Shown here: positions 15,080 through 28,749 of the stretch, one piece after another
Layout of the letters: each line of letters begins with the position of its first letter
Numbering within the stretch: the stretch's first letter is position 1
NCBI GenBank assembly: GCA_963693365.1
Contig: CAVNZM010000005.1
Span: 6,455,167-6,519,166, forward strand
Direction: 5' to 3'
Length of the DNA stretch: 64,000 nucleotides
Source of the DNA: Amoebidium appalachense
Taxonomy: Eukaryota > Protista > Ichthyosporea
Position numbers and translations under genes: made by a program
Notes under the pieces: model-generated
Databases searched by the model: none
What the model saw: the letters and a program-made list of their open reading frames with translations, nothing else
Told to the model about the DNA's origin: nothing

Positions 15080-17365
15080 TTGTTACCAAACACCACTCCC
15101 GCTAGACTAGGTGAACCCCTGTCTCAAAAGGAAAGCTTGCGCCGGCTTGCTAGTATGAATCGATTTGGCCCCCCTGCTCGTATTATTGGTGATACCACTG
15201 GAGACCCCCTCATAGACTCTGATAAGTATTTCTCGGAACTGTTTAAAGATAGGACCCCCGCTCAGAAACCTATTGTGTGGCCTGTAGACCCATCTATCCC
15301 CATAGAATCGATCCTCCCCTTTTTCAGTCCCGATGCCATATGGTCTGTGATATCTAGTTATAGCTCTAGTAAGTCTTGTGGACCTGATGGACTCCCTGCT
15401 GGGTTTCTTAAAATCCTTGTTCCCTCCTACCCACAAAAGGAAAGTGATCGTGCTATTAAACCTGATCTTACTATCATGTTAAGCTCTCTCTTTTCTTGGT
15501 GTGTTAAATGTGGACATGTCCCGTCATCTTGGTTAGATACCTTAGTGATCCCCATAGTTAAGAAGGACTCTGAGGGCCCCATATCATCCTTTCGCCCCAT
15601 TACACTAACCCAGGTTGTTCGTAGATTCTTTGAAGCTTGCTTACTTAGGTTATTTGCACATCACCCTAGGTTTCAATCTATTCTTCACATACACCCATGC
15701 CAATCCGCTTTTCGTAAAAACAATTCATGTTATGTTCAAATAATGGCACTGCACGATTCTATGCAAGTTGGTGCACGATATGTTGGCTTTATTGATTGGA
15801 AAACTGCTTACGATTCTGTCTCCCCTGGTCTCCTATGGGAAAAGCTTGCTGCACGGGGTGTACCACACTGCATTGGTGTTCTGTTAGAAGCACTCTTGTC
15901 TCAAACCTATGGTAGAGCTGTGGTTAATGGGCATCTTTCATATGGTTTTGCTCGTACTAGAGGTCTCTTGCAGGGTTCATTGCTTAGCCCCTTTTTGTTT
16001 AACCTATTTATAGATGATTTGGCTGTCAAGATTTACCCCGAAAACGATGACCCTATTAATAACTTTCCGCCTGCACTTCTCTATGCTGATGATCTGTCCC
16101 TCCTTGCCCGTACCCCTAAACGCCTGCAAAGATTGTTCGATGTAGTGTCAGAGTGGTGCAAGGCAAACCTTATGATCCTTAACATAGACAAATGTGGTGT
16201 TCTTGTACCTGATATAGCTAACAATTTACACACATTTACATTATCATCTAAACCTGTACCTATAGTTCCAGAATACAAATATCTTGGTATTCCGGTTGAT
16301 TCTGTTGGTGTTATGTTTCCCCATATGGTCGAAAAGAGGGTAGAGTTGGCTCGTAAGCGGTTAGCTTTCTTCTCGGCTAATATTTTTAAAGACACACCCC
16401 TCCATCCTTCTATTAGACTTACATTTATTCGCACTTTTGTCTTCCCGGCATGTGAATATGGTTTACCCCTTCTCGCCGTATGGATCAAGAAAGAGAGAAC
16501 TAGAGCGCTTAAACCCTTGGCAAATTTCCTTGAAGCAGAAGTTGCCTCCTTTCCATCTAACAACTGTTGTAAACCTGGGCCTGTAACGCTCTCGATATAT
16601 GGTCTGGTCCCAATAGCTGCTAGAGTATCCTATCTCGCGCTGAAATTCAATAAGCACATAAGCCGCTTAAAGAAGTATTTGCCCTCCCACCCTCTCTTCT
16701 CTGTCCGACCTGTCCCCTCCTCACCTCTCCCCTCTTTCCTCCCCTCTCTCTCCCCTTCTCCCCTGGGCACAAATACAAATAAACCCCGCAATAGTGCGTG
16801 TGTGACTTTGGACTGCCACTTACTTATTAAACATGTACACAATCACAAGATAATCACGCAATATAACAAATGGAAAAAGATACCACACGACACTAGACCC
16901 GATGAAAGCATACACCTTGAAAAACTAAGCCTTATGTCTCGTTTTATATATACTGACCGCCTCAACCATATTGCCAAATATGGCACTCGCAAATGTATAA
17001 CACCTAAATACATATTACCTTCCTGTAGAACTGGTCTTTCTCTAGCTGATGGTATTATTGATCAATTACCACGCTTTTACTGTACACGTGCTATACAGTG
17101 GAGATCTAATAAGTATAAGGTGGCATCATTTGCATGCCCAAACAACACACACACACACCAGTTTAACCGGTCATGTATCGCCAAATGTAGTTTGATAGAC
17201 CACATAATACCGCAACACACACACGTCACATTCACAACAGACACCCAGAAAGATAGCCTACCTGTAAATTACAACATCCTTGATTTTATACTAAACACGC
17301 GTAACTACGACCTGTTTATTAGATGTATTGATTGGCTTGAGAAACACATCACTACAAAATTATAG
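15080..17365 (+). CDS. LINE A ORF2 reverse transcriptase plus C-terminal Cys/His region (endonuclease missing in this copy)
   Basis: Non-LTR RT motifs GPDG, W...VIPIVKK, FRPITL, Q.AFR, FIDWKTAYDSV, GLLQGSLLSPFLFNLFIDDL, YADD, YKYLG in an uninterrupted frame. Confidence 0.92.
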   Translation: MLPNTTPARLGEPLSQKESLRRLASMNRFGPPARIIGDTTGDPLIDSDKYFSELFKDRTPAQKPIVWPVDPSIPIESILPFFSPDAIWSVISSYSSSKSCGPDGLPAGFLKILVPSYPQKESDRAIKPDLTIMLSSLFSWCVKCGHVPSSWLDTLVIPIVKKDSEGPISSFRPITLTQVVRRFFEACLLRLFAHHPRFQSILHIHPCQSAFRKNNSCYVQIMALHDSMQVGARYVGFIDWKTAYDSVSPGLLWEKLAARGVPHCIGVLLEALLSQTYGRAVVNGHLSYGFARTRGLLQGSLLSPFLFNLFIDDLAVKIYPENDDPINNFPPALLYADDLSLLARTPKRLQRLFDVVSEWCKANLMILNIDKCGVLVPDIANNLHTFTLSSKPVPIVPEYKYLGIPVDSVGVMFPHMVEKRVELARKRLAFFSANIFKDTPLHPSIRLTFIRTFVFPACEYGLPLLAVWIKKERTRALKPLANFLEAEVASFPSNNCCKPGPVTLSIYGLVPIAARVSYLALKFNKHISRLKKYLPSHPLFSVRPVPSSPLPSFLPSLSPSPLGTNTNKPRNSACVTLDCHLLIKHVHNHKIITQYNKWKKIPHDTRPDESIHLEKLSLMSRFIYTDRLNHIAKYGTRKCITPKYILPSCRTGLSLADGIIDQLPRFYCTRAIQWRSNKYKVASFACPNNTHTHQFNRSCIAKCSLIDHIIPQHTHVTFTTDTQKDSLPVNYNILDFILNTRNYDLFIRCIDWLEKHITTKL

Positions 17366-17385
17366 CGCACGCGCACACACACACA

Positions 17386-17423
<38 letters not shown>

Positions 17424-17428
<5 letters not shown>

Positions 17429-17903
17429 ACAGTTGGACTAGCTAGGATAAGGCAGAGTACAACTGAATCAAAATAAAGACAGAGAACGGGTAGAAAGGCA
17501 CACGCGGCCAGGTTGCTTTTACTATGGGCCGACTCAGTCTGTCTCAGACTTCACTGATGTGATCCCCGTACTGGGACGGCTTTCTTATATAGCCCCCAGG
17601 TTTCGGATCAAGGCCCAGGATTGGTTCATCCGCGGCCAGCGCGGGTGGCAACATGCCATTCGTGATTCTGGTGCGGTCCGAGCCAGTCAGACCTTCGTCC
17701 TATTTATGCAAACCTCTTATTGGTTCACTTCGTTTATGTGGTATGCAGCGGAAGAACCATATATGGTTCAATTCTTAGGTCAGAGTGAGTCCTATTGGTG
17801 CGGACATAATATTTATGTGATATTCATGACAAAGCACGAATCGTGTGGTAGTAGATCACATTCTTTAGTAAACATGTACAGTTCAGGTGTACAGTTGTTT
17901 ACA
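17424..17903 (-). repeat. 3' LTR (480 bp)
   Basis: Termini TGTAAACA...TGTTTACA; direct repeat of 20515-20994. Confidence 0.93.
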
Positions 17904-20502
17904 CTCCCCCCCTTGTTGGGAGCCTGGTGGTGTCGTTAGACAAGCAAACCACCAGGCTGAGAGGCGATAAACAACCTTCAGCGAGAATTCTCGTGCGCCG
18001 ACCTGCTGGGCAGAACAGAGCAAGGACGGTTGAATAGAGTTGTGCACGTCTATGAGCACTTCTTCATTTGCCAAAACGTAAATTCATGCAGCATTCTTCT
18101 GTGATTTCATTTTCGTGGCGAAGATTATTGCAGAGTGTGTGCGAATTGTTCGCTTCGTCTCTGTGCTTGGCTTTTCTGTAGAAGTAGTATTTTTCTTTTT
18201 GGGAATTTTTCCTTTTTAGGATACTCCCGCAGATTCGTTTTCAATTGCGAGTAATTTGGTTGTGTGGATGAATGATCATACCAAACATTCGATAATGAAT
18301 ATAACTCAAGCCTTAGGTCACTTCGTAGCTCAGGTAGTGGTGGATAGCTTCAAGGCTTAGCCGCTGCTCCTTATCCCGGTTCTACCTTAAGACTGTAAGC
18401 CGAGATACCATGGCCGGAAAAGCCACTTCTTTCATGAACAAAGAGCACTTCTTTCCTTTCAGCTTTAACCCTGCATCATCGGAGCTGGGAAAAACAGAAT
18501 AAAAATGCCCTAAATGTTCTTCGTTGGGCGACATAAAGAAATATATCAGCCCGTCAGAACCAGTAAAAACCCGGTTCATAATTCATAAGAAGAGGGTAGG
18601 CAAAGCAAGCCTCCTTCAGAAAACACATGCTTCCATTCGTGAGCAGTTTTCGTATCCCATTTGCCAGCCATTTTCGTTGAGCAGGGGGATTCCAGGCATA
18701 ATACATTCTTCTGGAGGCTTGGCCTAAAAAGAAAAGTCGTCACAGTCGCCCTTTCTTTTGTAAGCAACTTCGTGAGCGCGCTTCGTATCTTCATATCCTC
18801 CAGTGCAGGTCTGGATGGTGCCCCATCCTCTGCTTCTTTTGTAGGTGGCCCTACTGTTGGTTCTGTTTGTTGTGTGGAAAACCAAAACCATTCGTGTTCG
18901 TGGAACTGCTTTGTGCTGTGCTTTCTTTCGTGTTGGTGTTCATGGAGTTACCCCATTCACACACCTACTACTTTCATACATCAGACGTAAGTAGCTGCCT
19001 GGGGGGTGTGTGGTTCGTGTTCGTGGCATTCTTCTGTTCCTTCGTGAGAAGAATATTCGTTTTAGCAGAGGTGCCCAATAAGGCAGCTTGTGGGGTTGTC
19101 TCCCGCATGTGCCCATTGGTGGGGTATGCACGTGCTAAATTGTTACAGTGTCATCATATTGCAAGGGAATAACATGGTCACCTCCGTACCAGGGCCTAGG
19201 TACACATGATGGTCCGATGTGTTAGTCAACAACACCTTGCATTCGTATTCGTATTCGTCTTCCTCGTCACTTTCTTCAGTAGTGAAGGAGGGTATTCGTA
19301 ATTCGAAACTGAAAGGCTTCCAGCCAAAATACTGACACTGTATGCTGGGGTTGTGAGGGAACGGTGCCCATACCACATTCTTTTGTTTTCTTTATTCTGG
19401 TGGGGGTGTGCCGGCAGCAATTTTATTTTGCATGCGGGTATTCCAGGCTTTACAGCATAGTTCGTATGTTATAGTATTTGTACAGTATTGCCACACACTG
19501 GCAGTTACCTGTAAATTCGTACCCCACAGCTTCGTTTGTTTCGCATGCACGAACAAAGTTCTGCATCGACTTTATTACATGCCTTCTGTGCACCAAGAGT
19601 GCAAATTCGTTGGGGCATGGCACCAGGAAGGGCCATACATGAGGCATATGTTCGTAATGTGTTTAGGCATGCCAGCATACGTTCATGCGCATGTTGTGCA
19701 TCCTGTGCGATAAACTATGGGGCATGCTGTATTCGACAACAGCAAGAAATTCGAAGCATGCATGCAAAACTACTTTCACAGCACCTTATGTCCTACATGC
19801 TATAGGAACAGCGACTATCTTCTTCTTTAAATGCATTCGTGCTGAAAGTGGCCGTGCATCTGGCTTGCGAGTGTGGACGTGCATGCGGTGGCATGGACAC
19901 GATGGCAGTGTGCAATAGCGCAATGCACGCAAGGGCAACGGTTTTATTTTCTTCCTAACATAGAGGGGGCTGTGTGCATTGCAACCCAAGCAGTGTTGTG
20001 CATTCGTTCTTTCATTTTCGTATTTCCAATTCATTTTGCTTTCGTTTTTCGTTTTTTGTCGTTTGATAACTTCGTTACTTCGTTTTGTTTTCGTGTTGCA
20101 TTCATTTCGTATTTCCTCTATGCATTCGTTTGTCGTTAATTCTTTATTTCATTGTGTATTCGTGATGGTTCGTTTTTCGTTGGTTCATTGCTTCGTTAGC
20201 AATTCTTTATTCGTTTGTTCGTGTATTCGTTGTTTCGTTGTGTATTCGTTTTTCTTCACATTTTTTTTTGTGTCGTAGCAAAAGCCGTTTTACATGCTTT
20301 CAATTCTTTCCGTGTAGGTGGGCTGGCCACTTCAAACTTGTCGGTGTATATATTCTAAGTCGGACAAGGAAAGATGTACCTATCATCGTGGTAAAAAGGA
20401 TTTGTGATCGGCCATGGCAGATTCTTGGGGTAATTGAAAGATGTGAGATTCTTGTGCTGATTGAAAGATGTGAGATTCGAAGGATGCGAGATTCTTGAAC
20501 TG

Positions 20503-20513
20503 CGCGGTCGCCA
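20503..20513 (-). promoter_or_regulatory. Primer binding site, probably tRNA-Arg
   Basis: TGGCGACCGCG lies 1 nt from the 5' LTR and is complementary to a tRNA 3' end CGCGGUCG-CCA, as in eukaryotic tRNA-Arg (tRNA assignment from recall). Confidence 0.65.
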
Positions 20514-20514
20514 A

Positions 20515-20994
20515 TTTAAACAGTTGAACTAGCTAGGATAAGGCAGAGTACAACTGAATCAAAATAAAGACAGAGAACGGGTAGAAAGGCACACGCGGCC
20601 AGGTTGCTTTTACTATGGGCCGACTCAGTCTGTCTCAGACTTCACTGATGTGATCCCCGTACTGGGACGGCTTTCTTATATAGCCCCCAGGTTTCGGATC
20701 AAGGCCCAGGATTGGTTCATCCGCGGCCAGCGCGGGTGGCAACATGCCATTCGTGATTCTGGTGCGGTCCGAGCCAGTCAGACCTTCGTCCTATTTATGC
20801 AAACCTCTTATTGGTTCACTTCGTTTATGTGGTATGCAGCGGAAGAACCATATATGGTTCAATTCTTAGGTCAGAGTGAGTCCTATTGGTGCGGACATAA
20901 TATTTATGTGATATTCATGACAAAGCACGAATCGTGTGGTAGTAGATCACATTCTTTAGTAAACATGTACAGTTCAGGTGTACAGTTGTTTACA
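20515..20994 (-). repeat. 5' LTR (480 bp)
   Basis: Same sequence as 17424-17903 except for two substitutions seen near the PBS-proximal end. Confidence 0.93.
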
Positions 20995-21067
20995 ACACAC
21001 ACACACACACACAACCAGCTGATACCGAGTGTCCCAAGGGGAGCCCCTTTAAAAAAAAAAATAATAA

Positions 21068-21110
<43 letters not shown>

Positions 21111-21907
21111 AAATAAAAATAAAAAAAAATAAAAACGGGGAACCCCAACTAATTGATTTCTCCTTGTAGTCTTTATGGTGTCTCGTAGAGAAAGTAAACC
21201 CTGATATATAGTCACCACCCGACATCTATGTACGTGATCATGATATACCGCTGAGGGGATATTCCGAGCAAACCCCCCCCCCCCATACCTGAGACTGGTT
21301 CTCTTTGCCTCGAGTAAACAGCGTAAACCCCTCTTTTATTACACCAATCACCTTGGTCCAGAGATAAAAAAGGCAGGAAACTTCAGCAGCTAACTGGGCA
21401 TACCAAGAAAGCGCGCGCGACTCTCGACCACTACGCTGTAGGGGGGGTCGCCTGAAACGGGCCACTCTGGTGGCTCCTTCGGCTTGAATGAGCCACATAT
21501 GTGGCTCATAGGCAACTTATCACTAGGGTAAACATAGTTGCACGAAGTATGTAAAAGGCAAAAGCAAATAGAAAAGGGTAAAGTGCACTTCATTAGTATC
21601 CAATGACAATACACTGTTTGGAGGTTTTTATTATTGCTGCATCATGCTCAAGGTCTGCCTCAAACCTTGAGGCCCCCAGCTTGCGGTGTTGATGGCAGTA
21701 GACATCCAATATATATCACCCTCAGCGTGTGGATGTGCAGGTACATATGCCATAGGTGTAGTGTTTATCGCTCACTCACTGCGATACATGCAGCTCCTGC
21801 AGAATGTGGGGTGGAAAGGGTGGGGACGGAGGGTGAGAGGGGAGGGGAGGGGAAAGGGAGACGAGAGGTAAGGGGAGGGAGGGAGGAAGGCGAGAGAGAG
21901 AGAGAGA

Positions 21908-22026
<119 letters not shown>

Positions 22027-22065
22027 AGAGAGAGAGAGAGAGAGAGTTTCAGAGAGAGAGAGAGT

Positions 22066-22148
<83 letters not shown>

Positions 22149-22374
22149 GGGGGGGGGGGAGGGGGGGAGAGAGCTGGGAGGGATGGAGAGAGAGAGAGAG
22201 AGGGGGGGAGAGAGAGAAAGGGAGGGAGGGAGGGAGGGAGGGAGGGAGACAGGGAGAGAGGGAAAGGAGAGGGAGATGGAGGGAGGGATTGAGGGCGAGA
22301 GAAAGATTGAGAGATGAGAGAGTGTTCGTGTAAGAGACACGGAGGACCAGTAGTGGCAGTAGTAGATACAGATG

Positions 22375-22412
<38 letters not shown>

Positions 22413-22516
22413 GGGGTGCAAGGTGGGCAGGACGGACAGGGTAAAATGGAGGAAAATCATCATTGCAAAGAGGGGACGTTGCAGTTGGGGGTGGTGAAAG
22501 TGATGGTGGTGGTGGT

Positions 22517-22588
<72 letters not shown>

Positions 22589-25500
22589 TCATGGGCAAGG
22601 AGCGGCTGTGAGGAGTCAGGTGGAATGAGGTGCAAAAGAGCTCGACGTGTGTAAGATAGAGAAGAAGGCACCCTGATTAGAGCATGCTTATCAATCACCG
22701 TGTGGCCGTCCCAAAAATGTAGTAAAAATGATTTCACACATGATGGTGCAAGTGAATTTCCTCGGTTCTTTTCGTTCATTTCTCCCCCCCTTTTCTCTTT
22801 TCTTTTCTTTTCCTCCCGCCCACTTTCTTCTTCTTCTTTTTCTTCTCTTACCCCCCCCCCCCCCCCCCCCCCCCCCACAAAAAAAATATATATATATATA
22901 TATATATAGTTTCTTTCTTTCTTTATTTATTTATTTCTTTCTTTCTTTTCCTTTTTTTTTTTTTTTTTTTTATGGGGGGGGGGGGGGGGGGGGGGGGAGG
23001 CTATTGCAGAAGAAGTAACTTGAACCGGCCAGCACGTTTTTGGTGTCACTATCAAACAAAACTCAATGAGCGCCACACAAGAATTATTTCGGCGATATAT
23101 TATTGAAGCAAATTTCTTAGGGATATACCTATTGAGGCTTCAAGACTTCCAAGTGAACTCAGAAATCAGACATCCGGAGCACTCCTATCATTAGGTTTGT
23201 TATAAACTGCATGCCAGTAACCGGGCAAAAAAAATCAACCACTAAGAATTTAATTAATTAGAGTGTGCACCTGCTAATATTAGTGTAATAATTGACCAAA
23301 CCGATGGCTAGCTAGTGTGTGACAGATGGCCGGCGTGGGATAGTAAGTGCTGATTCAAGTATAAGACCAACCGCGTGTAAACGTGCAGCTGTGCCCATTG
23401 ACACTTGAACCAAAAAGATGAACATCTGTACACATATATATATATGCACCTTGTCTGGTGCTTTTTCTGGCAAACATGTGCGCGAACGTATTTACGTGTC
23501 TGTGCCTATGCATGTGCACATGCGCACACAGGTTTAGGTTGTTTTCTTCGTAAGTGCACGTGTGAGGAAGTGACTGTGGCACTGCCATGGGCAAACGAGC
23601 AACAAGGGTGGACGGGTAGGCGGTTCTGGGTCTGTGTGTGTGTGTGTGCATGTGTGTGTGTGTGCGCGCTCGTGTCTGTGCGTGTCTGCAGCTGTTTATG
23701 TGTGTGTGTGTGTGTGTGTGTGCTACGACAGTGTGTGTAAGAGGGGAGAGGGGGGGGGAGGGGGGGAGGGGGGGGGGGGGAAGGGGGGGGGGGGGGGGGG
23801 GGGTGGTCATGCACCTCTTCCACTGCGCCCACTGCCTGCATGATGCCGTCAGCCACTCCCACTGCGGCTGCTGCCACCACAGCCCACAGGGCCACGGCCA
23901 CACACAAAAACACCTCCACAGAGGCAACTTGCACAGAATGGGTGTGTGTCATGTTTGAACCTAGGCTGCTCTACGTGTACGTACTTACGTATGGATGTAG
24001 ATGATTCAATGTTTTATCCTGTCCCGGTCAGGGTGCACGTTTAGAATCTTTTCAAACGTTAACGAAGAAATTGCGAGGTCTACCGCATCATAGGAGTCGG
24101 CTTGACTTGCAAAACTCTGATTTCCTCAGGTACGAATGATTCGGTTTCGTGACTATCTGGGTAGGTGCAGTGCCTGTGCCCAAATGTGACCGTGCAAACC
24201 AAGGGGCACGGTTATTACCAGTGAAGAGCTTGAAAGCACTGTCCAAACAAGTTATGTGCTCCTAGTAACAGTGACTGCACACACTGAATCCAACGAACTT
24301 GGGGAAAGAATTTGATCATACACATCTGAGATGTGTGGCTCTTTATTTCTCTTTTATGCAGAAATAGTGGGAGTTTTTAGGTGGCCATGGGCACGTGTTT
24401 GACAGCTAGGCGTACATGAAACCAAATGGCGGCGTGCAGATAACGCGTGATCGTAGCAGGTACTCAGCAAAAACATAAATTGTGACATGTGCAACACAGA
24501 GAGCTAGTATGGACACTAGCAAAAATTCCCCAACGGACACGGGTGAACAACGGGGGCCATCGCGTATGTGGTTACATGTCTTCAGATCTTACAGAGTGAG
24601 ACTGAGGGCACACATACACGTACATACGTACTCCGGCCAGATCCAGCTGCTGCACCATTTGCATAGCAAGTCAGTCTGCGCTTTATCGCAGGCGCAGAAG
24701 CTCAGAACTGTGCAGCAACTTGCCGTTGAGTTTTTCATTTTGTCAAGATGCTGTTATTCATTGCAATAGATCTCAGACTAGTACATACTGTACATGTGCA
24801 ACCCATGCACATGTAGCATGGGCATATGAAACCGGATGGGCACATGGAACCGGTCCGAGAGCTCGTTAACATGTTATTACACCTGCGTGTGCATCAGCGG
24901 CATATGCAAGTACACAAGCAACGAGGCTCAATTTTTCCGTTGTGGCACTTCTTAAGACACGTGCCATGTGTGAAGGCTTTTGCGTGAATGATGCAACACG
25001 TGCACGATTCAAAAAGCATGTGAGAAACCTCGGGAGGCCGGGTGGCCGCGCGCGATGATTGGTTCGGAGGCCTCTCCGGAGTGAAGAAACCGCGAAACCG
25101 GGTGCTGGTATGATACTCAGTGAGAAAACTTGGTGATTTCAAAGATAATATGTGGCATGTATATTTATTCTGTTTTGAGCTCACACTCATTTCAGATAAC
25201 TGCATTAATAACCATAAGCAGTTTTAATGCCTATAGCAGCGCACGGTGCCGGCACTGACTCGGCAGAGTCAACGGTGTGCACTTGATGTGCCGATCACGT
25301 GCGAGGCCACCAAATATGGCTTAGCATACCGTGATATGATTGGACTCTTAGTTCCACACCCGTTGTTGCTCTTTATGGTAGTTTGATTAAACGTTTGATT
25401 GGTTACTCTAGTGTTTACTCCGTGGTGATTGGCACTCAGGAAACCACCCAGCTCTTGCCGTTATCAGTTGCGTGATTGTGGAGCAATAGAATTAGAGGTA

Positions 25501-26115
25501 TCCTGAATCGGGTTGCTTTTTGCATGACTGGATAAAAAAAGGAAAGCCTACGCTTTTGTTGAAAGTGAATAAAAAATTACCTCAAAAGCTCTATAATGGC
25601 ACAGTGTTTAAAATAAATACATTTTTTCGCTGGGTATTTGAATTTTTGCTGACGTTAGCCACGTAGCCTCGCGGCTCTAGCTCCGCAGAATAAGAAGTCT
25701 ACTAATAGACAATTCTTTGCACTCCTCCACAATAATTTGGCCTCTTTCAATCCGACTGCGTAAAAAGCTCAGACTGCGCAGGTTTTGTGTCAGTAATAAC
25801 TTTGTTGGAGCTACCACCGTATAACATACGTACAAGTCTGCTAATAGGTTTGAACCCTCTATATAGTATTCATTCTCTTTATTAATGCCTTGCTAAGAAA
25901 CTACTAGGTGATAATATGTTCCTAATTCTTTAAAATGGCGTTAGATTCAGGTGCTGTTCTTTAGTTTGTGGTGGTGTGCCACCATCCGATGCTGTTTGGG
26001 GTTTCACACCCAGCAACGGAGCAACCAGATACACGTGCCTATCCGTATCGTTATTGCGTGGGATTGCTTGCTTGCTTGCTATGGTTGCCACCTATAATCT
26101 TCCCCCTCCCTCCCT

Positions 26116-26147
<32 letters not shown>

Positions 26148-26526
26148 AGTCTCTTTTCTTGTTTACCCGTGCACCCATGCATCCATCGTGAGTTGATTGT
26201 GAGTTGGGCGCCCTAGAGCTTTTCTTCCCCCCCCCCCCCCCCCCCCCTCCCCCCACTCCCCTCTAAAACCACCCCCTATAATCCCCGTTCTCCTCCAACC
26301 TTTAATTCCCCCCCCCTCCCCCCCCCCCCCCCCCGACCTCCCCCCACTGTTCCTCCGGCTCCACATTTCAGCCAACCCTTTTCACGGTTTCGGTATTGTT
26401 TTTACTTCTTTTTAATCTTGCGCCCCTCACGTCTTCCTCCTTCCGCCCACACGAGCACAAAACGCCCTCGAAGGGTCTAATACCCCTAAGCCACTGGCTG
26501 ACGTACTGTGTGCACACAGTGTAGCC

Positions 26527-27399
26527 ATGCTACGATCAGCACTCAGCCGCTTGGCGGCAACACGAGCGGCCAGCGTTAAAGCTGCCGCAGGGACTGTGGG
26601 TAGTCCCGTGCAGCACCAGAACTTGGTGGCACGGTTCATGTCACAGGAGACTAAGGCAAAGCCCAAAAGGAGATTCTTTAAGGTGTGTGTGTGTGTGTAT
26701 GTTTGTGCGTGTGCTTGTATGTATGTATGTGTGTGTGTGTGTGTGTGCATCGATGAAGGAAAGACGAAGTGAAATTAAGGATGGTGGATGGGAAATAGTG
26801 CTTGCACAAAGATACAGATGATGCCGGCGTGTGGCGTTTGGGCTGGGAAGAAGGAGTGAGGACTATGGAGGGGGGGGGGGGGGGGGGGTAAACAGGAAGC
26901 GTAGTCTTATAATCTTGACGAGAGCGGGTGTTTGCTTTGTACTTGCTTTATCTCACCAAGCTTGAATACTGTGCCAGTATCAAACAATCACTTCTCGTAG
27001 CTAATAAACCTAACTTGCTGCATGCAAACATCACACCTCTTTAACGCCAGACAAACAATCCTCCTCCTTACTTGCTCTTGCAAACATAACATCAGCCAAG
27101 TGATTGAGCACCGGCGTTTGTACAATGGGCAACTGTGCAATTGCCGATGCTCACTCACTTTGTGCAATTCTCGATGCTCATTCACTGTTTGCAATAGTCA
27201 CTGTTTGCAACAGTCACTCTATGCAATAATCAATGCTCATTCACTGTTTGCCAGTGTCTTTAATGCTCACTCACTCTTTGCAACTGTCCATGCTGATTCA
27301 CTGTTTGCATAGACCAAGATTGCCCTGGGGCTGTGGGCGCTTGCCGGGTTGGTGGACTTGGCTTTCAACGATGACTGGGATACCATCATCGACAAGTAC

Positions 27400-27434
<35 letters not shown>

Positions 27435-27794
27435 TTATGTGTGTGTGTGTCAAGGGAAGTGGAGGGTGGGGAGGGTGTTTGCGTATGTATGACGTGATCA
27501 TGTCTTTATGTGTGTGCGGGCTTGGGGACTGTGGTGATCTTCTGGAAGGCACCTCCCCCCCCCCCCCCCCCCCCACCCCCCCCCAACACACACACACACC
27601 ATCCCTCAGACTCCCAGCCAGCCCAACGTCTACTGAATTATTCTGTTGTGCCTTTGCACTTCTGCTTCTGCAGCTTCCCCTCCCCCCTCCCTCTCGGGGC
27701 TCGGCCCCTCGACCCCCTCCCCCCTCCCCCCTCTCCTGCCCTGTCCATCCTCCCACGTCTCCATGATCGGAAGATCGGTCCCCCCCCCCCCCCT

Positions 27795-27825
<31 letters not shown>

Positions 27826-28718
27826 TCATTCACATCTCTTTCTCCCCTTTCACACTCTTCATTTCCTTTTCCTCCTTCTTTGTTTGCGCTTGGATCCTGA
27901 CTGGTGTCCTCGTAGGTTCCGTTTCAAGCTGACGGATGAACAACGCAAAGACAGGCCGCATGTAGTGATTCTGGGCACAGGTGTGTGCGTGTTGTTTGGG
28001 GGGGGGGGGGGGGGGGGGGGGGGGGATGGAGGGGGATGATGTGTGTGGGTGTATGTGTGGGTGGACGGGTGTGTGGTTGGGTGGCTATGTGTGTTGTGTG
28101 CAAGTGTGTTGTGGGAGTGGGTGTGTGTGTATGTGGGTGGGTGGGTGGATGGGTGGATGTTCATGGGTGTGTGGTGTGTGTGTGGGAGTGGGTGTGGGTG
28201 TGTCTGGCTTCAAGGTAAAACGGGTTGTTCGCGTCAGTGTGTCAGAGTTTCCATTTGTGCATGTTTGTATCCCCCCCGCCCCTTCCCCCCCCCCCCCCCC
28301 CCCCCCCCCCCTCGGGGGCCCTTCTTCACCCAAATCCCTCCTACCATCATCCAAACACTGAAACTGCCTTCTCTCCCCCCTTCCCCACCTCCCCGGGGGC
28401 CCTTCCTGCGTGCGCACAACAACAGTTGTCTTGTGTTGTCCGTCGTGAATGTGCAGTCCGTGCTCTGTAACACAATATCACCCCCCCCCCCCCCCCCCTC
28501 CCCTCCCCCCCCCCCCCCTCTCTTTCTCTCTCTCCCCCCTTCCCCCCTCCCCCCCCCCTTATCCCCCCTCCCCCTCCGTCGTATATCGTAGTTCTTTTGA
28601 CCTCCCCGCCTCCCGCCCCTTTCCTTCAAAAATGGGCATATTCTTGATGTATGCTTTTAAACAGTTGCATTGTGTTGTCCGTTGTGAAGTCTTACTTTGT
28701 TTTCTGTTACACCCTCTA

Positions 28719-28749
<31 letters not shown>

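Larger units (their letters stand above)
17424..20994 (-). mobile_element. Non-autonomous LTR retrotransposon (Ty3/Gypsy-like remnants), 3571 bp
   Basis: Two 480-bp LTRs, TSD ACACA on both sides, PBS TGGCGACCGCG next to the 5' [17 protein letters not shown] next to the 3' LTR, and a degenerate RT remnant EEHL...GLKLKGKKCSLFMKEVAF on the minus strand (~18400-18560). Confidence 0.9.
14210..21331 (+). mobile_element. LINE family A copy 1: 5'-truncated, interrupted by a LINE family B fragment (14248-15024) and an LTR element (17424-20994)
   Basis: Near-identical to 52566-55299. TSD TCTTTTA at 14203-14209 and 21332-21338. Ends in GCGTAAACCCC. Confidence 0.9.

Noticed and set aside
17559-17939. 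126/142-aa ORFs inside the LTRs
   Set aside because: GTG starts, no motif, and they run off the LTR into different flanks.
23355-23958. Short complex-sequence patch with open frames on both strands
   Set aside because: No recognisable family, convincing splice partners or start/stop context.
27130-27310. CRISPR-like repeat array
   Set aside because: Degenerate tandem units without unique spacers, inside a eukaryotic intron, with no cas genes.
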